DNA of 64,000 nt from a virus. The position numbers and the translations under genes were made by a program. Shown here in pieces: positions 32,655 to 42,073 of the stretch; within the stretch, counting starts at the first letter, position 1, and each line of letters begins with the position of its first letter. The notes beneath the pieces were generated by a model, which was not told the origin of the DNA, did no database searches, and was given only the letters and a program-made list of their open reading frames with translations. The stretch covers positions 96,001 through 160,000 of IMG/VR virus record IMGVR_UViG_3300042731_005759; one strand, given 5' to 3'.

Positions 32655-33173
32655 ATGTTTATACCAGGTAAGTTTAATGATACACTCATAAGAAATGCGG
32701 TTATTGATTTCTTTAAAAAGAAATTTAAGATCGAATTAAAACACAATGATCTACATAATAAGATAGATTTAGTTGGAGTAAAAGATCCATACTTAGGGGT
32801 TGAGGTCGAACATGGTAAATGGAGTGGAGATTTTTGGAAAAATGATAACTACTCTTTGATTTCTGAACAAAAGTTTAGAACAGCGAACATCCCCTCAAGA
32901 AAAGAAAAATATTGGTTAGACGAATTTATTTCACATAGAAAGAAACGTCAGAATCCAAGTAGTACTAAAAATATATTTGTCAGGTCCAATATAGATTTTA
33001 GTCAGTTTTTAGTGATTAGACCTGAGACGATAAGAGACACTAAAAAATTGATTAGAACAAACTTTAAACCTAATAATAGTAATGATGTGGAGACATGGTT
33101 ATCTTTTAAAAAAGAACATGTTGAGACATATAATCTAAAGAATGGTAGGTTTATAAAACAAAGAACTAAATGA
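32655..33173 (+). CDS. Hypothetical protein, possible PD-(D/E)xK-fold nuclease
   Basis: IDLV...GVEVE motif; weak. Confidence 0.55.
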   Translation: MFIPGKFNDTLIRNAVIDFFKKKFKIELKHNDLHNKIDLVGVKDPYLGVEVEHGKWSGDFWKNDNYSLISEQKFRTANIPSRKEKYWLDEFISHRKKRQNPSSTKNIFVRSNIDFSQFLVIRPETIRDTKKLIRTNFKPNNSNDVETWLSFKKEHVETYNLKNGRFIKQRTK

Positions 33174-35512
33174 GTTATGTCAATCCCCACATTAAGGTAA
33201 CTTGGGCTGACACTTCAGAGTCATTTACACCAGAAAAAATCAAGTCAGTAAAAGAGTATTTTAAACAAAAATACAATACTCGATTTGTAAAGGTAATTAC
33301 TAAAATCGTTGATGAGAGTAGTGACGCGGTATTGAAGTCACTTGAAGTATCTGATAGTATCTTAGAACCCGAATATCAAAAAAAGTTGATGAAAGACTTT
33401 TTAAAAGAAAATGATATTAAGGTTAACATAGACTATATAGATAGATTAGATAATAAGGTCAATGAAGAACTATTCCAAAAAGAAGAAAATAGAGTAAAAT
33501 ATAATAGATGGTATGTAAAGACCATTGAATTTGATAATTTCCTTTCTTTTGGTAAAGGAAATAAAATTGATTTTACTGAATTGGATGGAATCACAGTTGT
33601 TGAATCCACACCAAGAAACTTTGGAGGTAAGACCACCGCAACTGTAGATCTATTACTTTTCTTGTTTTTCAATACAACAACCAAAGCAACTAAAAACTCT
33701 GAAATTTTTAATAGATTCCTTAAAGATTCAAGTTATGTTAGGGCAAAAGGGGTGATTAGTATAGATGGTGATGACTATATTATTGAGAGAACTATTTCAA
33801 GAAAACTTAATAGATCAAACGAGTTTAATGTTAGTGGTGAATTGTCATTCAGTAAGATTCTTCCTGACGGTACAACACAAAATTTATCAGGAGAACAAAG
33901 AAGAGAAACTGAAAAGTTTATCACTACAGCTATAGGTACACAAGAAGATTTTCTTTCAACGATATTAACCACTGGTTCAAACTTAGAGAGTCTAATAGAA
34001 TCAAAACCAACTGCAAGAGGACAGATACTATCTAAATTCTTAGGATTAGACAATCTTAGAGAGAAAGAAAGAATTTGTAGTTCACTTAAAAATGATTATT
34101 CTAAAAAATTAATATCTAATACTAATAATAGATTCACTTTAGAACAGGATATTGAAAAGTATCATAAAGATATTATAGAGAAAGATGAATTGATCCAACA
34201 AAAGAATAAATCATTAGACGATTTTACTAATAACCTTAAACAATTAGAAGATAGAAAAGAGAAGATCCTCAGCGAGAAACATACGGATGTAGATGAAGAC
34301 TTAGTAAAGACCAACCCAACAACAATAAAAAGAGAAATCAGCGATGTAAATGATAAGATTAAGTCGATATCGAAAACATTAAAAGAAACGAAAGTAAAGG
34401 AACCTAAAGAATATTATTTAGAAGATAAACATGATTCAATTAAAGACAAAATTAGGGACCTAAACTTCCAAGTGAAAGAGGATGAACTGACAATAGAAAG
34501 ACACCAAGATAAAATCAAACAATTAACAGAAGGTAGTGTGTGTCCGACGTGTAAAAGACCTTTGGAGGGTGTAGACCACACAAAAGAAATTGATTCAATA
34601 AAAAAAGAAATAAAGACTGTAGAGACAAACATTAAGAAAACGAATAAAAATGTCGACAAATCTACTGAAGAGGAAAAGAAATTCTCTACACTTAAAAAGG
34701 AATATGATCTTTATGAGAGAAACAAATTGGTCAATGCGAGATATGAGTTAGAGATAGATCAAAAGAAACTTGATTTAGAGAAATTACAACAAAAGTTAGA
34801 TTATTTTGAAACTAACAAAAAGAAACATGAAAGAAATATCGAGATTAACAAAGAACTTATTATCTTAAGGACTAAGATCGATACTGCATCATCAGAAATC
34901 AAACAATGTAATATACAAATTGAGAGATCCAAAAACGAAATTAGTAATCTGAAAGAGAGAATAGAGACCAATAAACAATTGATTGTAAAAATTAAACAAG
35001 AGGAAGAAATCATTAAGACTTATGACATTTATATGTCTGTGTTTGGGAAAAATGGTATATCCAAAACAATACTAAAAAGAATGATACCACTTTTGAATAT
35101 GGAACTGAGTCATCTACTTGATGATAGTTGTTTCTTTAAATTGGAAGTGAGTATGAATAAAAAGAACGAACTTGAATTTATGATGATTGATAGTGACACG
35201 AGAGTAGTGAAACCATTATTCGCAGGTTCAGGTTACGAAAAGACAATTGCGTCTTTAGCACTAAGAAGTGTTTTAACAAAAGTTTCATCTTTACCTAAAC
35301 CAAATATTGTGGTTATGGACGAAGTTTTTGGTAAAATTGCGGATGAGAATCTTGAGATGGTTGGTGAGTTCTTTAAGAAGATAAAAAATTATTTTGAACA
35401 TATTTTTGTGATATCACACAACCCTCTTGTAAGGAACTGGTCAGACAATTTATTGATGATTGAGAAAGAAGAAAATATATCAACAATCAAGTCTGTATCG
35501 GTAAAAATTTAA
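33170..35512 (+). CDS. SbcC/Rad50-like (T4 gp46-like) ATPase with N-terminal extension of about 110 aa
   Basis: F.NFLSFG, Walker A NFGGKTT, coiled coil with CPTC hook, signature GSGYE, Walker B VVMDEVFG, ISH. Confidence 0.9.
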   Translation: MSYVNPHIKVTWADTSESFTPEKIKSVKEYFKQKYNTRFVKVITKIVDESSDAVLKSLEVSDSILEPEYQKKLMKDFLKENDIKVNIDYIDRLDNKVNEELFQKEENRVKYNRWYVKTIEFDNFLSFGKGNKIDFTELDGITVVESTPRNFGGKTTATVDLLLFLFFNTTTKATKNSEIFNRFLKDSSYVRAKGVISIDGDDYIIERTISRKLNRSNEFNVSGELSFSKILPDGTTQNLSGEQRRETEKFITTAIGTQEDFLSTILTTGSNLESLIESKPTARGQILSKFLGLDNLREKERICSSLKNDYSKKLISNTNNRFTLEQDIEKYHKDIIEKDELIQQKNKSLDDFTNNLKQLEDRKEKILSEKHTDVDEDLVKTNPTTIKREISDVNDKIKSISKTLKETKVKEPKEYYLEDKHDSIKDKIRDLNFQVKEDELTIERHQDKIKQLTEGSVCPTCKRPLEGVDHTKEIDSIKKEIKTVETNIKKTNKNVDKSTEEEKKFSTLKKEYDLYERNKLVNARYELEIDQKKLDLEKLQQKLDYFETNKKKHERNIEINKELIILRTKIDTASSEIKQCNIQIERSKNEISNLKERIETNKQLIVKIKQEEEIIKTYDIYMSVFGKNGISKTILKRMIPLLNMELSHLLDDSCFFKLEVSMNKKNELEFMMIDSDTRVVKPLFAGSGYEKTIASLALRSVLTKVSSLPKPNIVVMDEVFGKIADENLEMVGEFFKKIKNYFEHIFVISHNPLVRNWSDNLLMIEKEENISTIKSVSVKI

Positions 35513-35530
35513 TAAAATTTTAACAAACCC

Positions 35531-35561
35531 GTTGTATAATAAAATATTTTGTTTAACTTTG
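35531..35561 (+). promoter_or_regulatory. Bacteroidota-type promoter
   Basis: gTTG-N19-TAACTTTG matches the TTTG/TAnnTTTG (-33/-7) consensus. Confidence 0.55.
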
Positions 35562-35578
35562 AAAAAACGATTAACCTT

Positions 35579-36253
35579 ATGATACCAAAAGAATATACTA
35601 GTTTTAATTTGTATGCTAAAGACCACAAAATTAGTGGTTCAGATTTACATTATTACAATAAACAAATTGAAAATAGTTTAACCCCGTACATCTTAGAAGA
35701 GAGACAACTTAACGTTACTGTTATGGATGTTTTTTCTCGTTTGATGATGGAAAGAATTATATGGGTTGCAGGACCTGTAAATGACAACATGTCGACTATC
35801 GTTCAGGCACAGTTAATGTTCTTGGACAGTTTAGATCATAATGACATTACAATGCATATCGACACACCAGGAGGTTCAGTTAAGTCAGGATTGTCTATGG
35901 TGGATGTTATGGATTACATCAACTCTGATATCAGAACCATCAATACAGGAATGGCGGCATCAATGGGTTCTATTTTACTTGGTGCAGGAACAAAAGGTAA
36001 AAGAGGTTCTTTGTCTTTTTCAAGAACGATGTTACATCAATCTAGTGGTGGTTTCCGTGGGAATATACAAGATGCAGAAATCGATATGACTGAATGGAAA
36101 AAATTAAACAAACAACTATTTGAACTTTTGGGATCGTACTGTGGTAAGAAACCAGAAGTGGTTATGAATGATGCCACAAGAGACATGTGGTTATCCGCTG
36201 AAGAGGCTGTAGAGTACGGTATCATAGATAATGTTGTCAAGAAAAAAAAATGA
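35579..36253 (+). CDS. clpP: ATP-dependent Clp protease proteolytic subunit
   Basis: MDVFSRLMMERII, TPGGSV, AASMG (Ser), MLHQ (His), TRD (Asp). The N-terminus LTPYILEERQLNV is Bacteroidota-like. Confidence 0.92.
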   Translation: MIPKEYTSFNLYAKDHKISGSDLHYYNKQIENSLTPYILEERQLNVTVMDVFSRLMMERIIWVAGPVNDNMSTIVQAQLMFLDSLDHNDITMHIDTPGGSVKSGLSMVDVMDYINSDIRTINTGMAASMGSILLGAGTKGKRGSLSFSRTMLHQSSGGFRGNIQDAEIDMTEWKKLNKQLFELLGSYCGKKPEVVMNDATRDMWLSAEEAVEYGIIDNVVKKKK

Positions 36254-36255
36254 AG

Positions 36256-36263
36256 TATTTATA
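36256..36263 (+). promoter_or_regulatory. Putative late promoter TATTTATA, 12 nt before ATG
   Basis: ATG at 36268. Confidence 0.7.
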
Positions 36264-36267
36264 AGTG

Positions 36268-36978
36268 ATGGGCAAAAAAGGATTCGTAGGTAAGTTTCTA
36301 AATTTAGATATTAAGACTGTAATAATCATCGGTCTTGGTGTTGTACTACTACTTAGAAACTGTACAGGGTCCGATTCAAACAAAGACATTGAAATTGTTA
36401 AGGTAGACGGTAAAGACTACGAACTACTTGAAAGAAAGATTGATACTGTAGTTGTTGAAAAGGAAGTAATCGTTGAGAAGTACGTTCCTAAGTATATAAC
36501 AAAAGTAGAGACAGTCGAAGTTCAAATACCTGTTGATGTTGATAGTTTGGCCATCGTAAGAAAATACTTCGAGACGTATGTTGTTAAAGACACTCTCAAT
36601 CTCACTTATGATTTTCCAAAAGAAGTTACTGATGGTGAAGGAAACAAACCTGACAGTACATTAGGTTTTGGTATCTTAACTGATAAGATAACTCAGAATC
36701 AAATAGTAGAAAGAGACGTTAAATGGAATTTCAGAATTCCAACAGTATATAATACAACAATAGTAAAGGATCCACCTAAAAACCAATTGTATTATGGGTT
36801 TAATCTCGGTGTAAATAAGACTGATGTTTTTTCTTCCGCTTCGGGAGGTCTTATCCTTAAGACAAAACAAGACAAGTTATATCAATTAAATCTTGGTGTC
36901 CAAAACGCAGAGGGCACGGGACTCACACCGTATGTATCAGGGGGACTTTTTTGGAAAATTAATCTAAAGAAAGACTAA
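36268..36978 (+). CDS. Membrane-anchored protein with C-terminal amphipathic beta-strands (possible spanin-like lysis protein)
   Basis: N-terminal hydrophobic segment ending LLRNC; C-terminal YYGFNLGV...YQLNLGV...YVSGGLFWKI. Confidence 0.55.
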   Translation: MGKKGFVGKFLNLDIKTVIIIGLGVVLLLRNCTGSDSNKDIEIVKVDGKDYELLERKIDTVVVEKEVIVEKYVPKYITKVETVEVQIPVDVDSLAIVRKYFETYVVKDTLNLTYDFPKEVTDGEGNKPDSTLGFGILTDKITQNQIVERDVKWNFRIPTVYNTTIVKDPPKNQLYYGFNLGVNKTDVFSSASGGLILKTKQDKLYQLNLGVQNAEGTGLTPYVSGGLFWKINLKKD

Positions 36979-36979
36979 A

Positions 36980-37423
36980 ATGGAAACATACATTCTATTT
37001 TTATACGGCATGTTCGATGACATGGAGGATATAGAATTCTATTGTAATGAGGTTCTACTCCAAAATAGTGCCGTACATAGATTAAAATTTATTGTAGAAA
37101 ATAATAGGAACCTTGTAATAATTTTACAAACTAAACAAGGTCATGATGAATTTTCTAAGTCACTCCATAAGGATTTGACAATGGATAACGTAAAATTTTA
37201 TTTCATGTTTAGAAGAGACGAAATGATTTCGGCTCACCTACCACAAGAAGTAAAAGATTTTATATTCGGAAATGTAGAAGACAGATACTTATCAGTTCAA
37301 TACAGTAGACCGAAAAAAGTAGTTTCCCTTGATGTTGATGAAATATTAGAGAAGATCAAAAAAGAGGGAATTGATAGTTTAACTGTTGAGGAAAAAAAGT
37401 TCCTTGACGATTTTGAAAATTAA
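36980..37423 (+). CDS. Hypothetical protein with DUF6576-like C-terminus
   Basis: VDEILEKIKKEGIDSLTVEEKKFL. Confidence 0.65.
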   Translation: METYILFLYGMFDDMEDIEFYCNEVLLQNSAVHRLKFIVENNRNLVIILQTKQGHDEFSKSLHKDLTMDNVKFYFMFRRDEMISAHLPQEVKDFIFGNVEDRYLSVQYSRPKKVVSLDVDEILEKIKKEGIDSLTVEEKKFLDDFEN

Positions 37424-37477
37424 AAAAATAATTGTATATTAGTACTTATCGTTTCACATTAAAATAAATTAGACCGC

Positions 37478-38278
37478 ATGCACAATACAACCTTCCTAAA
37501 CACCGATGAAATCTTTCACTATTTAAAGGACATAAAGAAAATACCAGTCCTTTCAAACGACAGACTCAAACAAATAATCGTCGAACTTAAAGACGAAAAT
37601 ATCACACCACTACATCACCAAAAAATTCTTAAAGAACTAGTCATTGGTAATTTAAGATTCGTGATTAGTGTTTCAAAACAATATCAAAATCAAGGTATGG
37701 ATCTCCCCGATTTAATTTCGGAGGGTAACATTGGTCTAATTAGGGCAGCCAAAGAATTCGATCCAACTAAAAAAGTGAGATTCATTTCCTATGCGGTCTG
37801 GTGGATCAAACAAAGTATTATGGCTTCTTTGAATGATAATGCAAGGACGATAAGACTTCCATCAAACATTATTCAAGACATTCAAAAACTTAAAAAAGAA
37901 CCTCTAACCGAAGAAGGAGAACATACACACACAAAAAAGGGTTCACTTTCTCTACCATATTGTGTAAGTTTAAGTGACAATATAAATGAGGAAGGAGACC
38001 AACTGATTGATATTGTTATTAATAAAGACGCTGACGACCCTCAACAATTTGTTCAGGATGAAGAAGGAACAAAGGCGAGTGTTAGAAAGGCATTAGAAGT
38101 ATTAAATGATAAAGAGAAAGTTATCATAACTAAGTACTTTGGTTTGGACGGTGTCGAATGTAATTTGGAAGACCTTGGAGAGGAATTTGGATGTACCAAA
38201 GAAAGAATTCGACAACTCAAGGAAAAGGCAATGAAGAAGTTGCGTAATGAGAGTTTTGTTCTGCTCAAGTATTTATAA
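37478..38278 (+). CDS. Sigma-70 family RNA polymerase sigma factor (Bacteroidota primary-sigma-like, no region 1.1)
   Basis: NLRFVISVSKQYQNQG..L.DLISEGNIGL, FISYAVWWIKQ, RTIRLP, region 4 TKERIRQ. Confidence 0.92.
   Translation: MHNTTFLNTDEIFHYLKDIKKIPVLSNDRLKQIIVELKDENITPLHHQKILKELVIGNLRFVISVSKQYQNQGMDLPDLISEGNIGLIRAAKEFDPTKKVRFISYAVWWIKQSIMASLNDNARTIRLPSNIIQDIQKLKKEPLTEEGEHTHTKKGSLSLPYCVSLSDNINEEGDQLIDIVINKDADDPQQFVQDEEGTKASVRKALEVLNDKEKVIITKYFGLDGVECNLEDLGEEFGCTKERIRQLKEKAMKKLRNESFVLLKYL
38270..38277 (+). promoter_or_regulatory. Putative late promoter embedded in the sigma gene 3' end
   Basis: AAG TAT TTA TAA (K-Y-L-stop) contains TATTTATA. Confidence 0.55.
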
Positions 38279-38295
38279 GTGTAAAATAGATTAAT

Positions 38296-38586
38296 ATGAG
38301 AAATTTTATTGACAAGTATTTCATTACCATACTATTCGTAATCCTTATTTTAACTTTTTTTAGGGGTTGTGGTGATAGTAGAGAACTATCGGATATCAAA
38401 AAGGAAATCGAGACCATAAAAGAAAATACCTTTACAAAAGATGAGTTGGACCTTAGACTAAAAATCGAGGGACTTAAGAGTGAACACAGAATGATACAAG
38501 CAACAGATAGAAAAATGTTCGACTTAAATAGACAATCTGAAATCGAAAAAGAGTTAGAGGTACTTCAGAAGGAGTTAAATAAGTAA
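38296..38586 (+). CDS. Small membrane- or lipid-anchored coiled-coil protein (possible spanin component)
   Basis: Hydrophobic N-terminus ending FFRGCG, then coiled coil. Confidence 0.6.
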   Translation: MRNFIDKYFITILFVILILTFFRGCGDSRELSDIKKEIETIKENTFTKDELDLRLKIEGLKSEHRMIQATDRKMFDLNRQSEIEKELEVLQKELNK

Positions 38587-39915
38587 ATGGGAAAGTGGTT
38601 CAACAAGAACTTTAGAACGATCATATATGTTGCGTTCTTAGTTCCTATTATTACCGTCGCAATCGTATCCATCTCACACGTTACTGTGTGGTATGGTATC
38701 TCAAATCCAATGTCGTGGGCACTATACCTTTCAATAGGTATTGAAATTGCCGCACTTTCTGCGTTAGCTGCGATATCAGCACAAATGGGATCAAAGGTTT
38801 ATGTTCCATTTGGTATTGTTACGTTGATTCAATTCGTGGGTAACATATTTTTTGCATTTGAATTTATCAAAATAGATGCGGTACAATTCTTATCGTGGGT
38901 TGAATTAACAGGACCCATATTAGAATACGTCGGTATTGAACAAACTGATTTACAAGCACACAGAAGATTTTTGGCAATATTTGCGGGTGGTATGTTACCA
39001 CTAATTTCATTATCATTCCTACATATGTTAGTCAAGTTTAATGAAGAAAAACAGTTGGAGACAAAAGAGGAAGAGAGTGATGATACTAAAACGGTTATTG
39101 AAGAAGAAACTAAAATCAAACCTTCAGAGGAAGATTTAAATAGGTTAGAGGAACTACTTAGTAAGTTCAAACCTGAAGAAAGACCAAAAGAAGGTAAGAC
39201 CATATTTGACGCACGAACAAAAGAATGGGATGAGGATGAAGTCGTTGGGAGCGAGTCACGAGAAGAGACTGTGGAAGATGACTCCTCTGATCATTTTGAG
39301 GGTATGTCTGCCGAGACAGCGTATGGTAACGCATATGCAGATGATCCGTCTTATGATGAATTACCACCTGAAGCGAGAGGTTTTAAACCACCTGTAAATG
39401 AAGAAGAAACTTTGGATGAAGAACCACCTGAATGGTTTACAGAACAACCACCACTAACTGATGAAGAGTTAGAACAATGGGCAAAAGAATCCGAAGAGGT
39501 GGATAATCTTTATTGGAACGAACAATACCCTGAACCATCTGAAGATATCGTTGAGAAACCAAAACCAATCACTCCCAACAAATACGAAGATTTAGAAAAG
39601 TACTTGAGGGAGTCGAGATCTTGGAACACACAAAGTGATGAGGACTCGACACTACCCGATAAAGTAGAGGAGAAACAATTAGATCTTGATACAGGTGAAA
39701 TTAAAGACAAAGAACCTGAGGTGACTGAAGAACTAAGAAACATTGATGTTGTTTTAGAGGAGTTACCAACTCCCGAGGGACCTAATTTCAGTGTAGATGT
39801 TCAGATTGATGAAATTCCTGAGGAAACACCTATACCCCAACCCGATTTAAATGTTGGTCAACCACTCCCTTTAGAAAATCAGGACGAAAACGAACCTGAA
39901 AAAAAAAATCAATAG
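38587..39915 (+). CDS. 4-TM membrane protein with long acidic tail (possible holin/lysis module); probable frameshifted extension to 40256
   Basis: Four hydrophobic helices in the first 150 aa; ends GAA AAA AAA AAT CAA TAG. Confidence 0.75.
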   Translation: MGKWFNKNFRTIIYVAFLVPIITVAIVSISHVTVWYGISNPMSWALYLSIGIEIAALSALAAISAQMGSKVYVPFGIVTLIQFVGNIFFAFEFIKIDAVQFLSWVELTGPILEYVGIEQTDLQAHRRFLAIFAGGMLPLISLSFLHMLVKFNEEKQLETKEEESDDTKTVIEEETKIKPSEEDLNRLEELLSKFKPEERPKEGKTIFDARTKEWDEDEVVGSESREETVEDDSSDHFEGMSAETAYGNAYADDPSYDELPPEARGFKPPVNEEETLDEEPPEWFTEQPPLTDEELEQWAKESEEVDNLYWNEQYPEPSEDIVEKPKPITPNKYEDLEKYLRESRSWNTQSDEDSTLPDKVEEKQLDLDTGEIKDKEPEVTEELRNIDVVLEELPTPEGPNFSVDVQIDEIPEETPIPQPDLNVGQPLPLENQDENEPEKKNQ

Positions 39916-40256
39916 AACCTACAGATCACCCAACACCAATATTAACTTCGACACCTTTTAGTACACCGATACCAACATCTACTCCTTTTCCCACACAACT
40001 TCCTACACAAACACCATTACCAACAAATACACCAGGTCCAACACCTTACCCCACTTCAACTCTTCGACCTACTGAAACACCTTTACCTACAGTTACGGTA
40101 GAACCAACACCCACACCTCCACCTACAGAATACATAGATCAATTATATTCTGAGAGTATAAATATTGGTACCCCACCACCCATGGAACCATTAATTAAGA
40201 TGGGTGGAAAAGTAATTAGAAGAAATGTTGGAAATTCGAGACGTAGAAATAATTAA
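39900..40256 (+). CDS. -1 frame Pro/Thr-rich extension of the 38587 gene (no start codon of its own near the 5' end)
   Basis: KKKSIEPTDHPTPILTSTPF...GNSRRRNN*; 118 codons opening at the A10 run and filling an otherwise empty 310-nt gap. Confidence 0.7.
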   Translation, partial: KKKSIEPTDHPTPILTSTPFSTPIPTSTPFPTQLPTQTPLPTNTPGPTPYPTSTLRPTETPLPTVTVEPTPTPPPTEYIDQLYSESINIGTPPPMEPLIKMGGKVIRRNVGNSRRRNN

Positions 40257-40830
40257 TAAAGATGAACTGAATCATCCAAAAAAGTCATATAAGAAGAAAC
40301 AAATTCTTTTATATGACACAAAAAGACGTATTGACGATTTTATCAATAAAATAAAATATCGACAAAATGGTCAATATGAGGATATACCTCATTTTATTGT
40401 CACAAAAATGGGTGACATATACCAAATATTAGACACTAAGTATCATTCAAAAACATTCGGGGAACATAAAATAGATTGTAGACAAATTAAGGTCGCAGTA
40501 GAAAATTTAGGTTGGTTAAATAAGAATACCATTACAGGTTATTATAGTAATTGGATTGGCGACCCACATAGATCAGATCCATTCGTTAGAAGTTGGAGAG
40601 ATAAATTCTATTGGGACAGGTACACTGATGTCCAAATAGAAAGTATTATAGAACTATGTGTAAATCTTTGTAAAGAACACAATATTAAAGATAGGATAGT
40701 ACCTTCTAATGGATTTATAGAAAATATAGAGAAATTCGAGGGAATTGTATGCAAATCCAACTTTTCAAATATTTATACAGATATAAACCCTTCGTTTAAT
40801 TTTAAAAAATTTACTGAGGTCGAAATTTAA
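40225..40830 (+). CDS. N-acetylmuramoyl-L-alanine amidase (Amidase_2)-like protein, Zn ligands apparently degenerate
   Basis: HFIVTKMGDIYQ, VENLGWL, YTDVQIESI..LC, DINP. Confidence 0.65.
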   Translation: MLEIRDVEIINKDELNHPKKSYKKKQILLYDTKRRIDDFINKIKYRQNGQYEDIPHFIVTKMGDIYQILDTKYHSKTFGEHKIDCRQIKVAVENLGWLNKNTITGYYSNWIGDPHRSDPFVRSWRDKFYWDRYTDVQIESIIELCVNLCKEHNIKDRIVPSNGFIENIEKFEGIVCKSNFSNIYTDINPSFNFKKFTEVEI

Positions 40831-40836
40831 GATATT

Positions 40837-41325
40837 ATGAACTACGATAACACAAAAAAGATGTTGAACACACTTAGGAGACTAAATGAGTCAACAGATC
40901 CTATTTTAGATAAAAATCTAATTAATGAACAAGAGGCGGAAAAAGAATTAAAAGACACTGTAACAGTTGTTGATGGTGTGGAAGTTAGATTAATTGCGTC
41001 CACAGATGAAGATTTAGAATTACAGAATGAATCAAAATCCGCAATAAGTCAAGTTATTGAGAATTTCAAGACACAAGTATCTGATTTAGGTGATTTAAGA
41101 CCTGGTTTTACCGTACAAAGTGACCAAATTAGATTAGACGGGTCTTTACCTGATGTAGAATTAAACTTTGTTATCGTTGCGGGTAAGGAAAAGGGTGTGT
41201 ATTTGAATACAAGTATGTTAAAAGTAACATATGACTTAATTGGATCAATAGACAAGTTGATAAAGTTTGAAGACGTATTTGCAGATTCAATGAATGACCT
41301 AATTTCACAAAGAAGAATAGACTAA
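40837..41325 (+). CDS. Hypothetical late protein (possible head-internal protein)
   Basis: N-terminus KKMLNTLRRLNE; TATTTATA at 40770. Confidence 0.7.
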   Translation: MNYDNTKKMLNTLRRLNESTDPILDKNLINEQEAEKELKDTVTVVDGVEVRLIASTDEDLELQNESKSAISQVIENFKTQVSDLGDLRPGFTVQSDQIRLDGSLPDVELNFVIVAGKEKGVYLNTSMLKVTYDLIGSIDKLIKFEDVFADSMNDLISQRRID

Positions 41326-41326
41326 G

Positions 41327-41566
41327 ATGGCACTTTCAAACACAGATAAAAATCAAATTGAAAGAATTGCAAGAAGTGAGATAAAGAAATTTCTTGACGG
41401 TACACAAGCACATAAGATCGTGGTTGATATGATCAAGAAGGAGATGAACACTCGTGATATAAATGGAAAAGTAGTGGAACTCTCAACTAAAGTTGTTGTA
41501 GAATTATTTAAACAACTATGGCAACGTAAATCCTTCTGGGAAGGACCATTAAAAAACGTTAAATAA
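41327..41566 (+). CDS. Hypothetical protein
   Basis: Tightly packed ORF. Confidence 0.75.
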   Translation: MALSNTDKNQIERIARSEIKKFLDGTQAHKIVVDMIKKEMNTRDINGKVVELSTKVVVELFKQLWQRKSFWEGPLKNVK

Positions 41567-42072
41567 TGGCAAAAGAAACAAAAGAGGCAACAATGGCGGG
41601 ATCAGCGGGTTCATTTGAGGCACCGTTTGGTAGTTTTATTACTAAAAGAGAGATCTATAAGATCCACAATAAAAAGAAATACAACGAAGACGGTGATGTC
41701 AAGGAACAAGAAGGTGAATTCACCGAGGCTATGACCACAGCGACTTCAGCTGGGGGTCAATATGATGCACCTTTTGGAACAGGAAAGAAAAATCCATTAA
41801 AAATAGATGGTCCCGACTCCATAGTCAAAAGAATGAAGACTATGAGAAAAAAGAATTTCCCAATGTGGGGAGGACCTGAAGGAGTTTACGTAAAAGTTAA
41901 AGAAAAATGTAAAAAATTCCCTTATTGTGATGAGGGAGATATAAACGCACTTGAATTCTACGAAAATGAGAAGATTAATGAGGCAGTCAGAGTAATTTCA
42001 AAAAAATACGGATTGCCATTACACGAAGTAGAAAAATTAGTGATAAATGACATAAAACGTATATTTATATAA
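41566..42072 (+). CDS. Hypothetical late protein with two EA..xSAGxxxAPFG repeats
   Basis: EATMAGSAGSFEAPFG and EAMTTATSAGGQYDAPFG. Confidence 0.75.
   Translation: MAKETKEATMAGSAGSFEAPFGSFITKREIYKIHNKKKYNEDGDVKEQEGEFTEAMTTATSAGGQYDAPFGTGKKNPLKIDGPDSIVKRMKTMRKKNFPMWGGPEGVYVKVKEKCKKFPYCDEGDINALEFYENEKINEAVRVISKKYGLPLHEVEKLVINDIKRIFI
42062..42069 (+). promoter_or_regulatory. Putative late promoter TATTTATA, 12 nt before ATG
   Basis: Overlaps the last codons (IFI) of the upstream gene; ATG at 42074. Confidence 0.7.
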
Positions 42073-42073
42073 T

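Noticed and set aside
36242-36250. A9 run at the clpP 3' end as a second frameshift site
   Set aside because: ClpP is complete, and the next gene has its own promoter motif and ATG.
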